30,002 nt of DNA from a virus (lineage: Duplodnaviria > Caudoviricetes), in IMG/VR virus record IMGVR_UViG_3300032278_000081, positions 1-30,002 of that record. One strand, given 5' to 3'. Both the position numbers and the translations under genes were made by a program. Below the pieces are notes generated by a model. The model saw nothing but the letters and a program-made list of their open reading frames with translations, ran no database searches and was not told the origin of the DNA. Positions 1 to 7,765 of the stretch are shown piece after piece (position 1 is the stretch's first letter; every line of letters starts with the position of its first letter).

Positions 1-2
1 TG

Positions 3-404
3 CCGCATCCACTGGAGATAGGTGTGCTGTGGGGGTCTAGCAAGGCCGCTGAGCGGCAACGCGCTTTGCGGTTGCTACACCCTGAGACAGCCCCGACCGG
101 GGCCGCTGTGGTCATTGGGACGCCGCAGACGGGGGCCATGGGGATTACTTTAGCCGCGAGCCATACCGTAGTCTACCTAAACAACTCACACTCGCTCAAT
201 ATCAGGATGCAGTCTGAGGATCGCACCCACCGCCCCGGCCAAACGCACGCGGTGTCCTATTTTGAGGTGGTCGCTACCGGCCCGAAGGGGCAGCGCACGA
301 TTGACCATATCGTACTCAAAGCTCTCCGAGCGAAGCGGGATCTGGCTGACTGGACAGCGGCAGCGTGGCTTGATGAACTGAAGAAACAGAAAAGTGAGAA
401 ATAG
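3..404 (+). CDS. SNF2/SF2-type helicase, C-terminal part (5'-truncated by window)
   Basis: Frame open from base 3; HELICc-like motifs GAMGITL, TVVYLNNS and QSEDRTHRPGQ (motif VI). Confidence 0.85.
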   Translation, partial: PHPLEIGVLWGSSKAAERQRALRLLHPETAPTGAAVVIGTPQTGAMGITLAASHTVVYLNNSHSLNIRMQSEDRTHRPGQTHAVSYFEVVATGPKGQRTIDHIVLKALRAKRDLADWTAAAWLDELKKQKSEK

Positions 405-412
405 TTGCTCAG

Positions 413-567
413 AAACCCCCAGAAACATTGGGGGTTTTTTATTATCTGAAAAAAAGTGAGAAATAATTGTTTTATCCCCTTGTTTTTTTCCGCTAATCAT
501 GTATACTTACCTCATCATGTTGATTGATTCAAAAGTTAACCACGCTTCTGAGGGAGACAAACTGATG
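413..567 (+). repeat. Expression cassette copy 1 (hairpin, AT box, promoter, leader ATG, SD)
   Basis: Near-identical to 844-998; hairpin AAACCCCCA..TGGGGGTTTTTT, GAAATAATTGTTTT 460-473, TTGTTT 480-485, TATACT 502-507, ATG 517, GGAG, ATG 565. Confidence 0.9.
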
Positions 568-783
568 GCAAACAAAGGCGATTATTACTACGAAGCTAAT
601 ACTGGTGGCGTAAGCAAGGCAATTGAGAGAATGGGCAACACGAATCAGGTACGCGCGGCTGTTGTTCTTGCGAGACTGCAAGCAAAACTCAAGGCTCTTG
701 TAAAGCAAAAGGAAGAGATTGAAGATGAGATCAGGACGGTCATTGACTGCATCGATGAAGAGATTCAAGATGAGGTTCGGTAA
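565..783 (+). CDS. Small hypothetical protein with predicted coiled coil (72 aa; 88 aa from ATG 517)
   Basis: SD GGGAG upstream, own promoter and terminator; heptad-like C-terminal half. Confidence 0.7.
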   Translation: MANKGDYYYEANTGGVSKAIERMGNTNQVRAAVVLARLQAKLKALVKQKEEIEDEIRTVIDCIDEEIQDEVR

Positions 784-810
784 CGTCCCGCGCCGCTGAT
801 TAGCATCACA

Positions 811-834
811 GGGGGCCATCCGGCCCCCTTTTTT
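811..834 (+). terminator. Rho-independent terminator
   Basis: GGGGGCC-ATCC-GGCCCCC followed by T6; same element at 1161 and 27661. Confidence 0.9.
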
Positions 835-843
835 ATTGCTTGG

Positions 844-998
844 AAACCCCCAGAAACATTGGGGGTTTTTTATTATCTGAAAAAAAGTGAGAAATAATTG
901 TTTTATCTCCTTGTTTTTTTCTCCCAATCATATATACTTACCCTATCATGTTGATGGATTCAAAAGTTAACCACGCTTCTGAGGGGGATAAAACAATG
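844..998 (+). repeat. Expression cassette copy 2
   Basis: Box 891-904, TTGTTT 911-916, TATACT 933-938, ATG 948, ATG 996; direct repeat of 413-567. Confidence 0.9.
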
Positions 999-1130
999 AC
1001 TACGATGACCGCAAAAGAAAAGGCCTTGTTTCTCACAATTCTCAAGAGCGGCTACTACGGTGGGGTCAAGCTCACTGAATCCCAGCGGCACATCCTTCAA
1101 GCGTGCTTGAGGGGTGAGCCTTTACCCTAA
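996..1130 (+). CDS. Small hypothetical protein (44 aa; 60 aa from ATG 948)
   Basis: SD-like GAGGGGG upstream; flanked by cassette promoter and terminator. Confidence 0.65.
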   Translation: MTTMTAKEKALFLTILKSGYYGGVKLTESQRHILQACLRGEPLP

Positions 1131-1160
1131 CTCCTAACGTGAGAGGGACGTGCATCACAG

Positions 1161-1186
1161 GGGGGGCCATCCGGCCCCCCTTTTTT
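1161..1186 (+). terminator. Rho-independent terminator
   Basis: GGGGGGCC-ATCC-GGCCCCCC followed by T6. Confidence 0.9.
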
Positions 1187-1327
1187 ATGCGTGGCCGCGA
1201 ATGGCCGCAGAATAATCAAACCCCGATCTATCTATCTCACACAAATGTCTCTTCCCCGATCAAGAACTGAAAATACGCGGCCATGCGTGACCACTTGGGT
1301 GCCTCCCAGTGGTTATCAATTAAATTA

Positions 1328-1375
1328 AAAATATTTGTTTAGGGAGCTTGACAGGTTTCTAAAACACTGTATACT
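1328..1375 (+). promoter_or_regulatory. Sigma70-type promoter of the cassette family with no substantial ORF downstream
   Basis: AAAATATTTGTTTA box, TTGACA 1348-1353, 16 nt, TATACT 1370-1375. Confidence 0.75.
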
Positions 1376-1427
1376 TGTTATCGGTGGGGAAGAATGTTTT
1401 TTTAATACACGAAAAACTGAAAAAAAT

Positions 1428-1775
1428 TTATGTATACGGCACCGCGAAGCCGTGAGTGATCAAGGCGTCATTCAGGTTCAGATCATCAGCCCAGACCGTA
1501 ATCAGCCACCGACCGTATTTGCCTTGCTGTGCGGCTGTCTCAGGCCGCGTTTCGATCAGGACGGTCTGAGCCTCATCCATCCTCGTGCGGAGCCAGTCAC
1601 GGGCTTCTAAGCCCTGCTGACGGGTTGATCCGCGAAGCTCTGGGGTGTTAATCCCGAAGAGCCGCCCCGTGATGGTGATCGTAATCCCGAAGCCCAGATC
1701 AAGCGTGAGATCCATGACTGAATCCCCGTCATACACGCGCCACGACCGCGCTGGAAATGTCCAGCTATGGGACAC
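1428..1775 (-). CDS. Thermonuclease (SNase-like) family protein
   Basis: RVYDGDS, LDLGFG, RLFGINTPE and GKYGRWL motifs. Confidence 0.9.
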   Translation of the reverse strand: MSHSWTFPARSWRVYDGDSVMDLTLDLGFGITITITGRLFGINTPELRGSTRQQGLEARDWLRTRMDEAQTVLIETRPETAAQQGKYGRWLITVWADDLNLNDALITHGFAVPYT

Positions 1776-1969
1776 TAGCGATCCATCGTACGGACGGCTC
1801 CGTAAGCTCTGCCGCCTCTGGCCTTGCTCATGCCCTTGGATTCATCCCGGCGAGCTTTGAGGCTTTGGCTTTTCTTCCCGCGCCGTGCGCCCAGTGACTC
1901 ATCAAGTCTTGCATTGTAGCCTTGGGATTTCATGCTGATTTTTTTACCGTAGCCAAGTCCTTTAGGCAT
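1775..1969 (-). CDS. Small basic hypothetical phage protein
   Basis: SD AAGGAG; coupled to next gene; K/R/G-rich. Confidence 0.75.
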   Translation of the reverse strand: MPKGLGYGKKISMKSQGYNARLDESLGARRGKKSQSLKARRDESKGMSKARGGRAYGAVRTMDR

Positions 1970-1972
1970 GTC

Positions 1973-2110
1973 TTATCTCCTTGTTTTTTTCTTCTTTTTC
2001 GCGGTGCTATAGGCAATCGCTAGAGCTTGTTTCGCGGGGTAGCCTTCGCCCTTTAATTTCTTAATATTACTTTGTATCGTCGCTTTCCCGCGTCCTTTTT
2101 TTAGCGGCAT
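1973..2110 (-). CDS. Small basic protein, 45 aa (MPLKKG...KQALAIAYS type), not in ORF track
   Basis: Manual translation MPLKKGRGKATIQSNIKKLKGEGYPAKQALAIAYSTAKKKKKTRR; start abuts the endolysin stop; resembles a recurrent phage small-protein pattern. Confidence 0.8.
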   Translation of the reverse strand: MPLKKGRGKATIQSNIKKLKGEGYPAKQALAIAYSTAKKKKKTRR

Positions 2111-2529
2111 TATACGTCCCGCATCGCGGTGCCCGCGCTCTGTTTATTCCACGCAATCAAGCGGGTGTGCGGGCGCAGATCCCAATGCACGCCCCACGTA
2201 TAGAGGCCGATCCCCCCGATGCGATCATCAGCTTTGGCAAACGCTTTAGCTCCCTCGATAAAATCATAGAGGAACATTTTTACTGGAGGATGACAATCGA
2301 GGGCGCGTCCGTGGACGTGCTGCGAGTGGGGCACCCCGCCGATGCGCTTATTGTGTTCTGGAGTCCGGTAGGCCGAGGCAATCATGATGGGTTCCCCGCC
2401 CAGTGCCGCACGGAAATCTTCAAATACTTCAGCGAGGTGCACGGCCCGATCATGCCATGCCGCAGGATACGGCGTGCCATCCTTGCACGCGAGTTCTTCC
2501 CATGAGAGATGCTTACTCAGATTCGACAT
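2110..2529 (-). CDS. Peptidase M15A family endolysin
   Basis: SAYRTPEHN..IGG..SQH..GRALD and VHWD zinc-ligand motifs; next to membrane genes. Confidence 0.9.
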   Translation of the reverse strand: MSNLSKHLSWEELACKDGTPYPAAWHDRAVHLAEVFEDFRAALGGEPIMIASAYRTPEHNKRIGGVPHSQHVHGRALDCHPPVKMFLYDFIEGAKAFAKADDRIGGIGLYTWGVHWDLRPHTRLIAWNKQSAGTAMRDV

Positions 2530-2788
2530 TGGGCTGCTTACTGGCTACGATGTTTTCGAGCGCGACGAAGGCTTGCATACAGGCTCTCACGGCCCGGTTT
2601 ACATCCTCGTCATTCAAGAGGTCTTTATCCACACCCGCTTCAATCGTCTGCAAAATTGCGTGCGTCATTGCGACGGCAGCATTTTCCTTTTCTACGCCCC
2701 GCTTCGGCCCCTTTAAAAATCCTTCCACGGCCTGTACACAAGACAAAATAAAGGGTAACAGTTTCAAAGATACGTTTAACCATTTCAT
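2513..2788 (-). CDS. Hypothetical protein in lysis region
   Basis: SD AGGAG; hydrophobic N-terminus; overlaps endolysin start. Confidence 0.7.
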   Translation of the reverse strand: MKWLNVSLKLLPFILSCVQAVEGFLKGPKRGVEKENAAVAMTHAILQTIEAGVDKDLLNDEDVNRAVRACMQAFVALENIVASKQPNVESE

Positions 2789-2791
2789 CGT

Positions 2792-3094
2792 TCATTCTCC
2801 TTTCACACTTGTTGAAAATTTCCGCGTAATAAATGTGACCACCGCAATCACCGTCGTGACGGTAATTCCCACTTGTTCCGCTGTCAGGTCAAGGCCAAAC
2901 GCGGCAAAGAGTGCCACAGCTACCGAGATCATCCCGCCGTACGCTACTGGTTCATCTTTTGGTTTTTTGATCATGCGTTGCACCGCCTTCACCACACGCT
3001 GCCGTTTGGAGGCATCCGTGACCGTGGCCCGCGTTAAAATATCATCCACAGCTTGCCCCATGACCCACGCCGTGAGCTTCGATCTAAACCCCAC
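2792..3094 (-). CDS. Holin-like membrane protein
   Basis: Two C-terminal hydrophobic segments, basic tail, lysis context. Confidence 0.6.
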   Translation of the reverse strand: MGFRSKLTAWVMGQAVDDILTRATVTDASKRQRVVKAVQRMIKKPKDEPVAYGGMISVAVALFAAFGLDLTAEQVGITVTTVIAVVTFITRKFSTSVKGE

Positions 3095-3269
3095 GGCGCA
3101 GCCATTCGTTCAGTAAGCTGACGAGAGCCACGCCGCCCACCACGCCCGCTTCCCCGTCAAGTTGCGCGTCCCAACTGGTCGCCGTGATGAGTTGTAAGCC
3201 GAGCAGCGTCCCGCAAATAATCGACGTTCTGAGAATACTGACCCACCACGGATGATCGTGCTTTCCCAT
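3084..3269 (-). CDS. Small two-TM membrane protein (holin candidate)
   Basis: Two hydrophobic segments; coupled to neighbours. Confidence 0.6.
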   Translation of the reverse strand: MGKHDHPWWVSILRTSIICGTLLGLQLITATSWDAQLDGEAGVVGGVALVSLLNEWLRRGV

Positions 3270-3511
3270 TAGTTTCTAAATACCGAATAGAGTGCACCTA
3301 TCACCGTGGAGATTACCGCCCCCACTGCACTTCCCCATTTGACCGCAATACTTTTTGCAGCGGCCAGTTCTCGATCTGACCGATCATTGATGATCGCTAC
3401 CTGCAACTTGAGGGCCGATATATCACTATGAAGTTGATCGAGTTTTTCCCCATGCTCGTGCATTTTTGACAATACTAACTTTTCCATTTCCTTCCACTCG
3501 CCGTTAGCCAC
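3269..3511 (-). CDS. Coiled-coil protein with C-terminal TM helix (XhlA-like architecture)
   Basis: Heptad pattern followed by WGSAVGAVISTVIGALYSVF. Confidence 0.6.
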   Translation of the reverse strand: MANGEWKEMEKLVLSKMHEHGEKLDQLHSDISALKLQVAIINDRSDRELAAAKSIAVKWGSAVGAVISTVIGALYSVFRN

Positions 3512-4667
3512 GACTCACCCCAGAACTCAGATCAAATTCGGCTCCGTGTTCTAATAACACTTTGCCACGTTTCTTAGCTTCTTTCAGTGTACGTGTTGGT
3601 TTCCACTGCTGTCCCTCATAGACAAGAGGCAGCGAATGCTCAAAGACGGCATTGACGTGATCTTCAAGAATATGCCCCTGAGAAGCGTAGCGAGACATTC
3701 GATCCCCATTACTCTTGATAAAACCCGCCGCGCCATCGTAGGTATGCCCCCCTCCCGGTGAAGTCACCTGATCCTCTGGTCGGTTCTTTCCACCCGTGGG
3801 AGTTCTAAAACCAGTTTGAAGTCCTGAGATTATCGTACCGCCCACGTCACGGAAATCATCCACGGGAATCTCAGTTAATCCGCGTTCATGTTCTGCGAGA
3901 GGTAAACGCGGTGCCCCTCGCCGCATCGCCTTAAACATCCCGTTGCGTTCGGGCATGTGGGAGCCATTGTAGATTTCCCCAAGCTCACGAAACGGAAGTG
4001 CGATGTGACACGCATCCCGTACCAATTCGCAAATCGCTTCTAAATACTCAAGTAGGCGATCATGCTTGCGGCCTAATTTTTGGATAAAAAATTCCTGAGA
4101 CATACAAAACGCAATCGGCGCGAAATCTGCGGCTATCACCTGATCAAAAACGGCTTGCACTTTGTTTGTATTTTTTAATCCATCAAACGGCTTTTCAAAA
4201 ACATCGGGGCGCGTGCCTGTGCAGACCGCGATGAAAATATGGGTGCTGTCTTTCACATCTGGGTGAGTAAGATAGGCGTGGATTTTTTCCGGTGTCCACA
4301 CCATAAGGCGATGGCTGGCAATCCATGTGGCTTCATCGCCGGGATACAGCCACGCATGTCTCGCTTTACGCCAATCGTGCCGTAACCCGTTTCCCGTGCC
4401 AATCGGCGGCGGTGCTGGTGTGTGGTGCTTTTCTTTCAGCCAGTCCCGATATTCAGCGAGTGAGTGACACTTCATAGACTCGCCATACAGAACTGCCCCG
4501 CCCATCACCCACTTGGCCTCACCGATCAGGTTGTCTGAGGGTTCAACGCCCACCACTTCTCGATAGATGCGCCGGATGTCTTCGGACTCTTTTCCGCACA
4601 GCGATTTCCACGTGCCTTCTTCGCCCTCTGGCAAATTGATTCCGGTGAACCGTTGGTGGTTATTCAT
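3504..4667 (-). CDS. Hypothetical protein, 387 aa, two-domain
   Basis: Long co-oriented ORF with PAPPP linker near residue 85; no family recognised. Confidence 0.75.
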   Translation of the reverse strand: MNNHQRFTGINLPEGEEGTWKSLCGKESEDIRRIYREVVGVEPSDNLIGEAKWVMGGAVLYGESMKCHSLAEYRDWLKEKHHTPAPPPIGTGNGLRHDWRKARHAWLYPGDEATWIASHRLMVWTPEKIHAYLTHPDVKDSTHIFIAVCTGTRPDVFEKPFDGLKNTNKVQAVFDQVIAADFAPIAFCMSQEFFIQKLGRKHDRLLEYLEAICELVRDACHIALPFRELGEIYNGSHMPERNGMFKAMRRGAPRLPLAEHERGLTEIPVDDFRDVGGTIISGLQTGFRTPTGGKNRPEDQVTSPGGGHTYDGAAGFIKSNGDRMSRYASQGHILEDHVNAVFEHSLPLVYEGQQWKPTRTLKEAKKRGKVLLEHGAEFDLSSGVSRG

Positions 4668-4669
4668 GA

Positions 4670-5029
4670 TTATAACTTTGCCTTGATACTGTCTATGACT
4701 TGGGCTTCTACATCTTCACCAGCCACACTGGAGAGAACTTCTACAATAGCTTGTGCGACTCGCCTGTCAGCCAGCATTGTGGTTGCAATACTTGTCAAAT
4801 ATACTTCGTTCGCCGCTTCCGCATCTGCGTCAGATACGGCGTTAATTTCTGCGGTGGTTGGTTCGTCACCATAACTGACATCGGGCGGCGTCCATGCTGC
4901 GATGAATGGGTCATCGCCCATTCCATCATCTTGCAATTCGTACACGCACGTCCCATCAGCCGCGTGATAATGCGGATCACAACCACGTCCGGTGATTACT
5001 GCGTCAAGTCTATTTTTGAAGTTCGGCAT
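4670..5029 (-). CDS. XkdW-like tail fibre assembly protein
   Basis: YELQDDG..PFIAAW..EPT pattern; directly follows the fibre gene. Confidence 0.6.
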   Translation of the reverse strand: MPNFKNRLDAVITGRGCDPHYHAADGTCVYELQDDGMGDDPFIAAWTPPDVSYGDEPTTAEINAVSDADAEAANEVYLTSIATTMLADRRVAQAIVEVLSSVAGEDVEAQVIDSIKAKL

Positions 5030-5031
5030 CG

Positions 5032-6009
5032 TTACTGTCCAATGTAATCAATTGAAAAATAGGTGTCTGCCAACCCCGCGACGAGTTCGGTGTCGCTCCC
5101 ACGATTATGTTGTGAGAACACTTGCACGTATTGATCAGTGTCCACTTGGAGCGTTACGCCAACTGGGAGGTTCCCGCCGTACATATTCTGAAAGCGGTTA
5201 ATTCGGGTGGACACATTACTGATTCTGATCTGTGTCATGCACGACGAATCGTTTGGGCCGTCGATATAGGCTGCGGCAGATATTTGGTAATAGCCATATC
5301 GTGGCACGGTAAACTCGAAGTTGCCAGCGTTGTTCCAGCCGCCGAACGTATCGTAGACCTCAGTATCGTAATTGACGCGCCGATACGCACCACTGGCGAC
5401 CGTTTGATTCGCGTTCAATCGCACCAAACCGTGAATACTCTGATGATCGCTTGTCACGTACCAGTTTGCCCCGTCGTTTATTAACGTGCAATGGTCGGCG
5501 AGGGCGAACAATTCAAATCCCGTGGTTTGTCCCGGCGCGTTCGTGATCGTTTCCGATCCGTCTGGTGTCACCGTGACCTTGTGGTTGTCATCGGTTTCCT
5601 TGAGAACCGTTACCCGATTGCCGACTGTCGATGCGCTGCTGGCGTAGAGAGTGATCGCAAACGCCGCCGCGCCAGCCGTCATGTGGCATTTAATCACGAC
5701 ATCATCCCCGTCTGACGTGAGGACGGTATACGCTGCGGTTTTCTGTAGCACATTCGCGGCCAATGAGACTTCAGCCCACGCGGGTGCGCTGCCTGTGCCA
5801 TTCGTCTGGAGAAAATATCCCGATGTGCCGCCCCCAAGTCGTGCAAGTTGCGTGCTGCTGCTTGCGTAAAGCACGTCGTTCGCGGCTTGGCTTGCTATCG
5901 CAATCCCGCCAGCGCGTAAAGCGGCATCGTTATCACTAACAAACGTATTCATATCGCTTGCCAAGACCTTATAGCCAGTGGCCCAACTTTTCGGACTGCT
6001 CCACGCCAT
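5032..6009 (-). CDS. Tail fibre / receptor-binding protein with C1q-like C-terminal domain
   Basis: Fibre-type segment LARLGGGTSGYFLQTNGTGSAPAW; C-terminal VNYDTEVYD..FTVPRYGYYQIS pattern. Confidence 0.75.
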   Translation of the reverse strand: MAWSSPKSWATGYKVLASDMNTFVSDNDAALRAGGIAIASQAANDVLYASSSTQLARLGGGTSGYFLQTNGTGSAPAWAEVSLAANVLQKTAAYTVLTSDGDDVVIKCHMTAGAAAFAITLYASSASTVGNRVTVLKETDDNHKVTVTPDGSETITNAPGQTTGFELFALADHCTLINDGANWYVTSDHQSIHGLVRLNANQTVASGAYRRVNYDTEVYDTFGGWNNAGNFEFTVPRYGYYQISAAAYIDGPNDSSCMTQIRISNVSTRINRFQNMYGGNLPVGVTLQVDTDQYVQVFSQHNRGSDTELVAGLADTYFSIDYIGQ

Positions 6010-6027
6010 CGCTGTAACTCCTTCTAA

Positions 6028-7764
6028 TTACCAACCCAGAATGGTTGTCTCCCCAAGCTCTGACCGCCCGGTAGTCCCAAGCAGCCACATGGCAAAAGCC
6101 GTCGCGGGCGCAAGCCCATACGTGCACGTCACCCACGGCCCGCTGCTAATGTCGAGTGCTACCGATTGGATGACCATTTCGATCTCATCAGCCCCCACCG
6201 TTGACTCACTCACAGACACGATATCCCCCGGCTCCCTCGCAAGACTTTGCAAAAGTAAATCAGAACTATCGTTCCCCATGAACGTGATCGACTCTAGCTG
6301 GGCACTGGCTTGATCGTTGTACTGTTCTTCAACGGTCAGGGCATAACTCTGGGCGTTCCCCGTATCGCTTTGATACTTTAAATCTATCGTGAGCATCTTA
6401 TCGCCGTACGGCTGGCTGCTCGTGGCTTCAAAACTTTGCGGGCTGCGCTGATAGATTCCCTTCCCCCGTAGTTGCAGAAACGCATCCCCATCGGCATCCA
6501 CCAAATACACGGTGGATGCGCCCGTATTTTCAATCGCTAGCTTGGCCGTCGATGCGTACGCCGTAGTCGTAATTGTGAGATCCGAAGTCAGATTAGAGCC
6601 GGTCCCCGACACATTGCTGTTCCCCAAATAATCCGTGGTTGCTGTGGCGTTCACTACCGCCGTCCCGCCGATCAATGTTTGTGTATCTGAGGGATCGCGG
6701 TATTCCAGATACACGGTGATCGTATCTCCCGCCGCCACTGAGAGCGGCGTGCCGGTTGTGGACGCGATCACCGTGGTCGCGGAAGCGTCCACCGTTCTGG
6801 GATTGATGGTAGTACGCACGTTATTCACAAGCTCATCTACATTTGCTGCGGTAGATAACCCTGACATTGTTTCATCAAAGTGAAAGGCACTGGCTCCACT
6901 GCTGCGCGTGTCCCGTGATTGCAGCACCAGCGTCCCATCGCCTTTCATATAGATCGTCGCAAAGGCTGACACAGCAATATGCTTCACCACGCTCAGCGCG
7001 ATGGTGCCACGCCCAAGCTCGTTAAAGGCGTACGGGTAGGTGTCCACCCCCGTGGCGAAATCCCTGCGTAGCGGTTGTGCTGTGGACGGCAGCGAATCGA
7101 GCAGGAGCGTCAACAGTTCTGCTTCGGTTTTATTCACCGCCACATCAATGGCCCGCGCTTTGGTTTCAGCGAGATCCCGAATGCGATCATAGCTCGTCAC
7201 TCGCACCAGATGCGTGCGGTAGGCACCGGGATTCGGGTCAGCAGAGCGCAGCTTGCCCCAGTGCTTGATGTAGCCTAGCCGTGCGGTGATCGTCCCGCTA
7301 GCGGGCGTAGACGGCGTGAGCGTGCCGAGATCATAAGTGAAGGTTGTGGCAGCGGTCTTGGTGATTTGAAACGTGCCGTTATAGCCAGATTCCGACGCGC
7401 CCGCGATGGTGATCCAGTCATCGGTGGAATAGCCGTGACTTGCTGCGGTGGTGACGGTGGCCGTGCTGCTAGAGCGCGTAATGGAGGACACGCTTTGTGC
7501 GGTGTCCGTGGTGCGATACAACACCACGCGGATACCCGCGCCAAATTGAAACCCGCTCAGCACGTCGGCATGGTGGAACGAATACTTGAGGCCCAGCACC
7601 GTGAAGGAACACTCTCCAGTACCCGCCACCGTGTCTAATGGCTTATCTCCCGCAATCCCATAGGAAATGGACACACCCTCAGACGCCATCACGTCCGGCG
7701 TCAGATCCGTCCAGACATCCGTGGCGGTTTCACATTCAATCAGGACTTCAAGTGCGGCACCCAT
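6028..7764 (-). CDS. Tail tip / baseplate hub protein with inserted FCCH-like beta domain
   Basis: Directly follows tape measure; insert SITRSSSTATVTTAASHGY..ITIAGA..YNGTFQIT. Confidence 0.7.
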   Translation of the reverse strand: MGAALEVLIECETATDVWTDLTPDVMASEGVSISYGIAGDKPLDTVAGTGECSFTVLGLKYSFHHADVLSGFQFGAGIRVVLYRTTDTAQSVSSITRSSSTATVTTAASHGYSTDDWITIAGASESGYNGTFQITKTAATTFTYDLGTLTPSTPASGTITARLGYIKHWGKLRSADPNPGAYRTHLVRVTSYDRIRDLAETKARAIDVAVNKTEAELLTLLLDSLPSTAQPLRRDFATGVDTYPYAFNELGRGTIALSVVKHIAVSAFATIYMKGDGTLVLQSRDTRSSGASAFHFDETMSGLSTAANVDELVNNVRTTINPRTVDASATTVIASTTGTPLSVAAGDTITVYLEYRDPSDTQTLIGGTAVVNATATTDYLGNSNVSGTGSNLTSDLTITTTAYASTAKLAIENTGASTVYLVDADGDAFLQLRGKGIYQRSPQSFEATSSQPYGDKMLTIDLKYQSDTGNAQSYALTVEEQYNDQASAQLESITFMGNDSSDLLLQSLAREPGDIVSVSESTVGADEIEMVIQSVALDISSGPWVTCTYGLAPATAFAMWLLGTTGRSELGETTILGW

Positions 7765-7765
7765 A

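Noticed and set aside
499-516. ORF-track start at 499
   Set aside because: That ATG lies upstream of the -10 box (502-507) and would not be in the cassette transcript
413-1186. Repeats as a CRISPR array
   Set aside because: Units are ~155 nt, contain promoter and RBS elements, and are separated by genes, not 30-40 nt spacers; no cas genes
1335-1610. Plus-strand 91-aa ORF
   Set aside because: Starts upstream of the promoter, lacks an SD and is antisense to the well-supported thermonuclease
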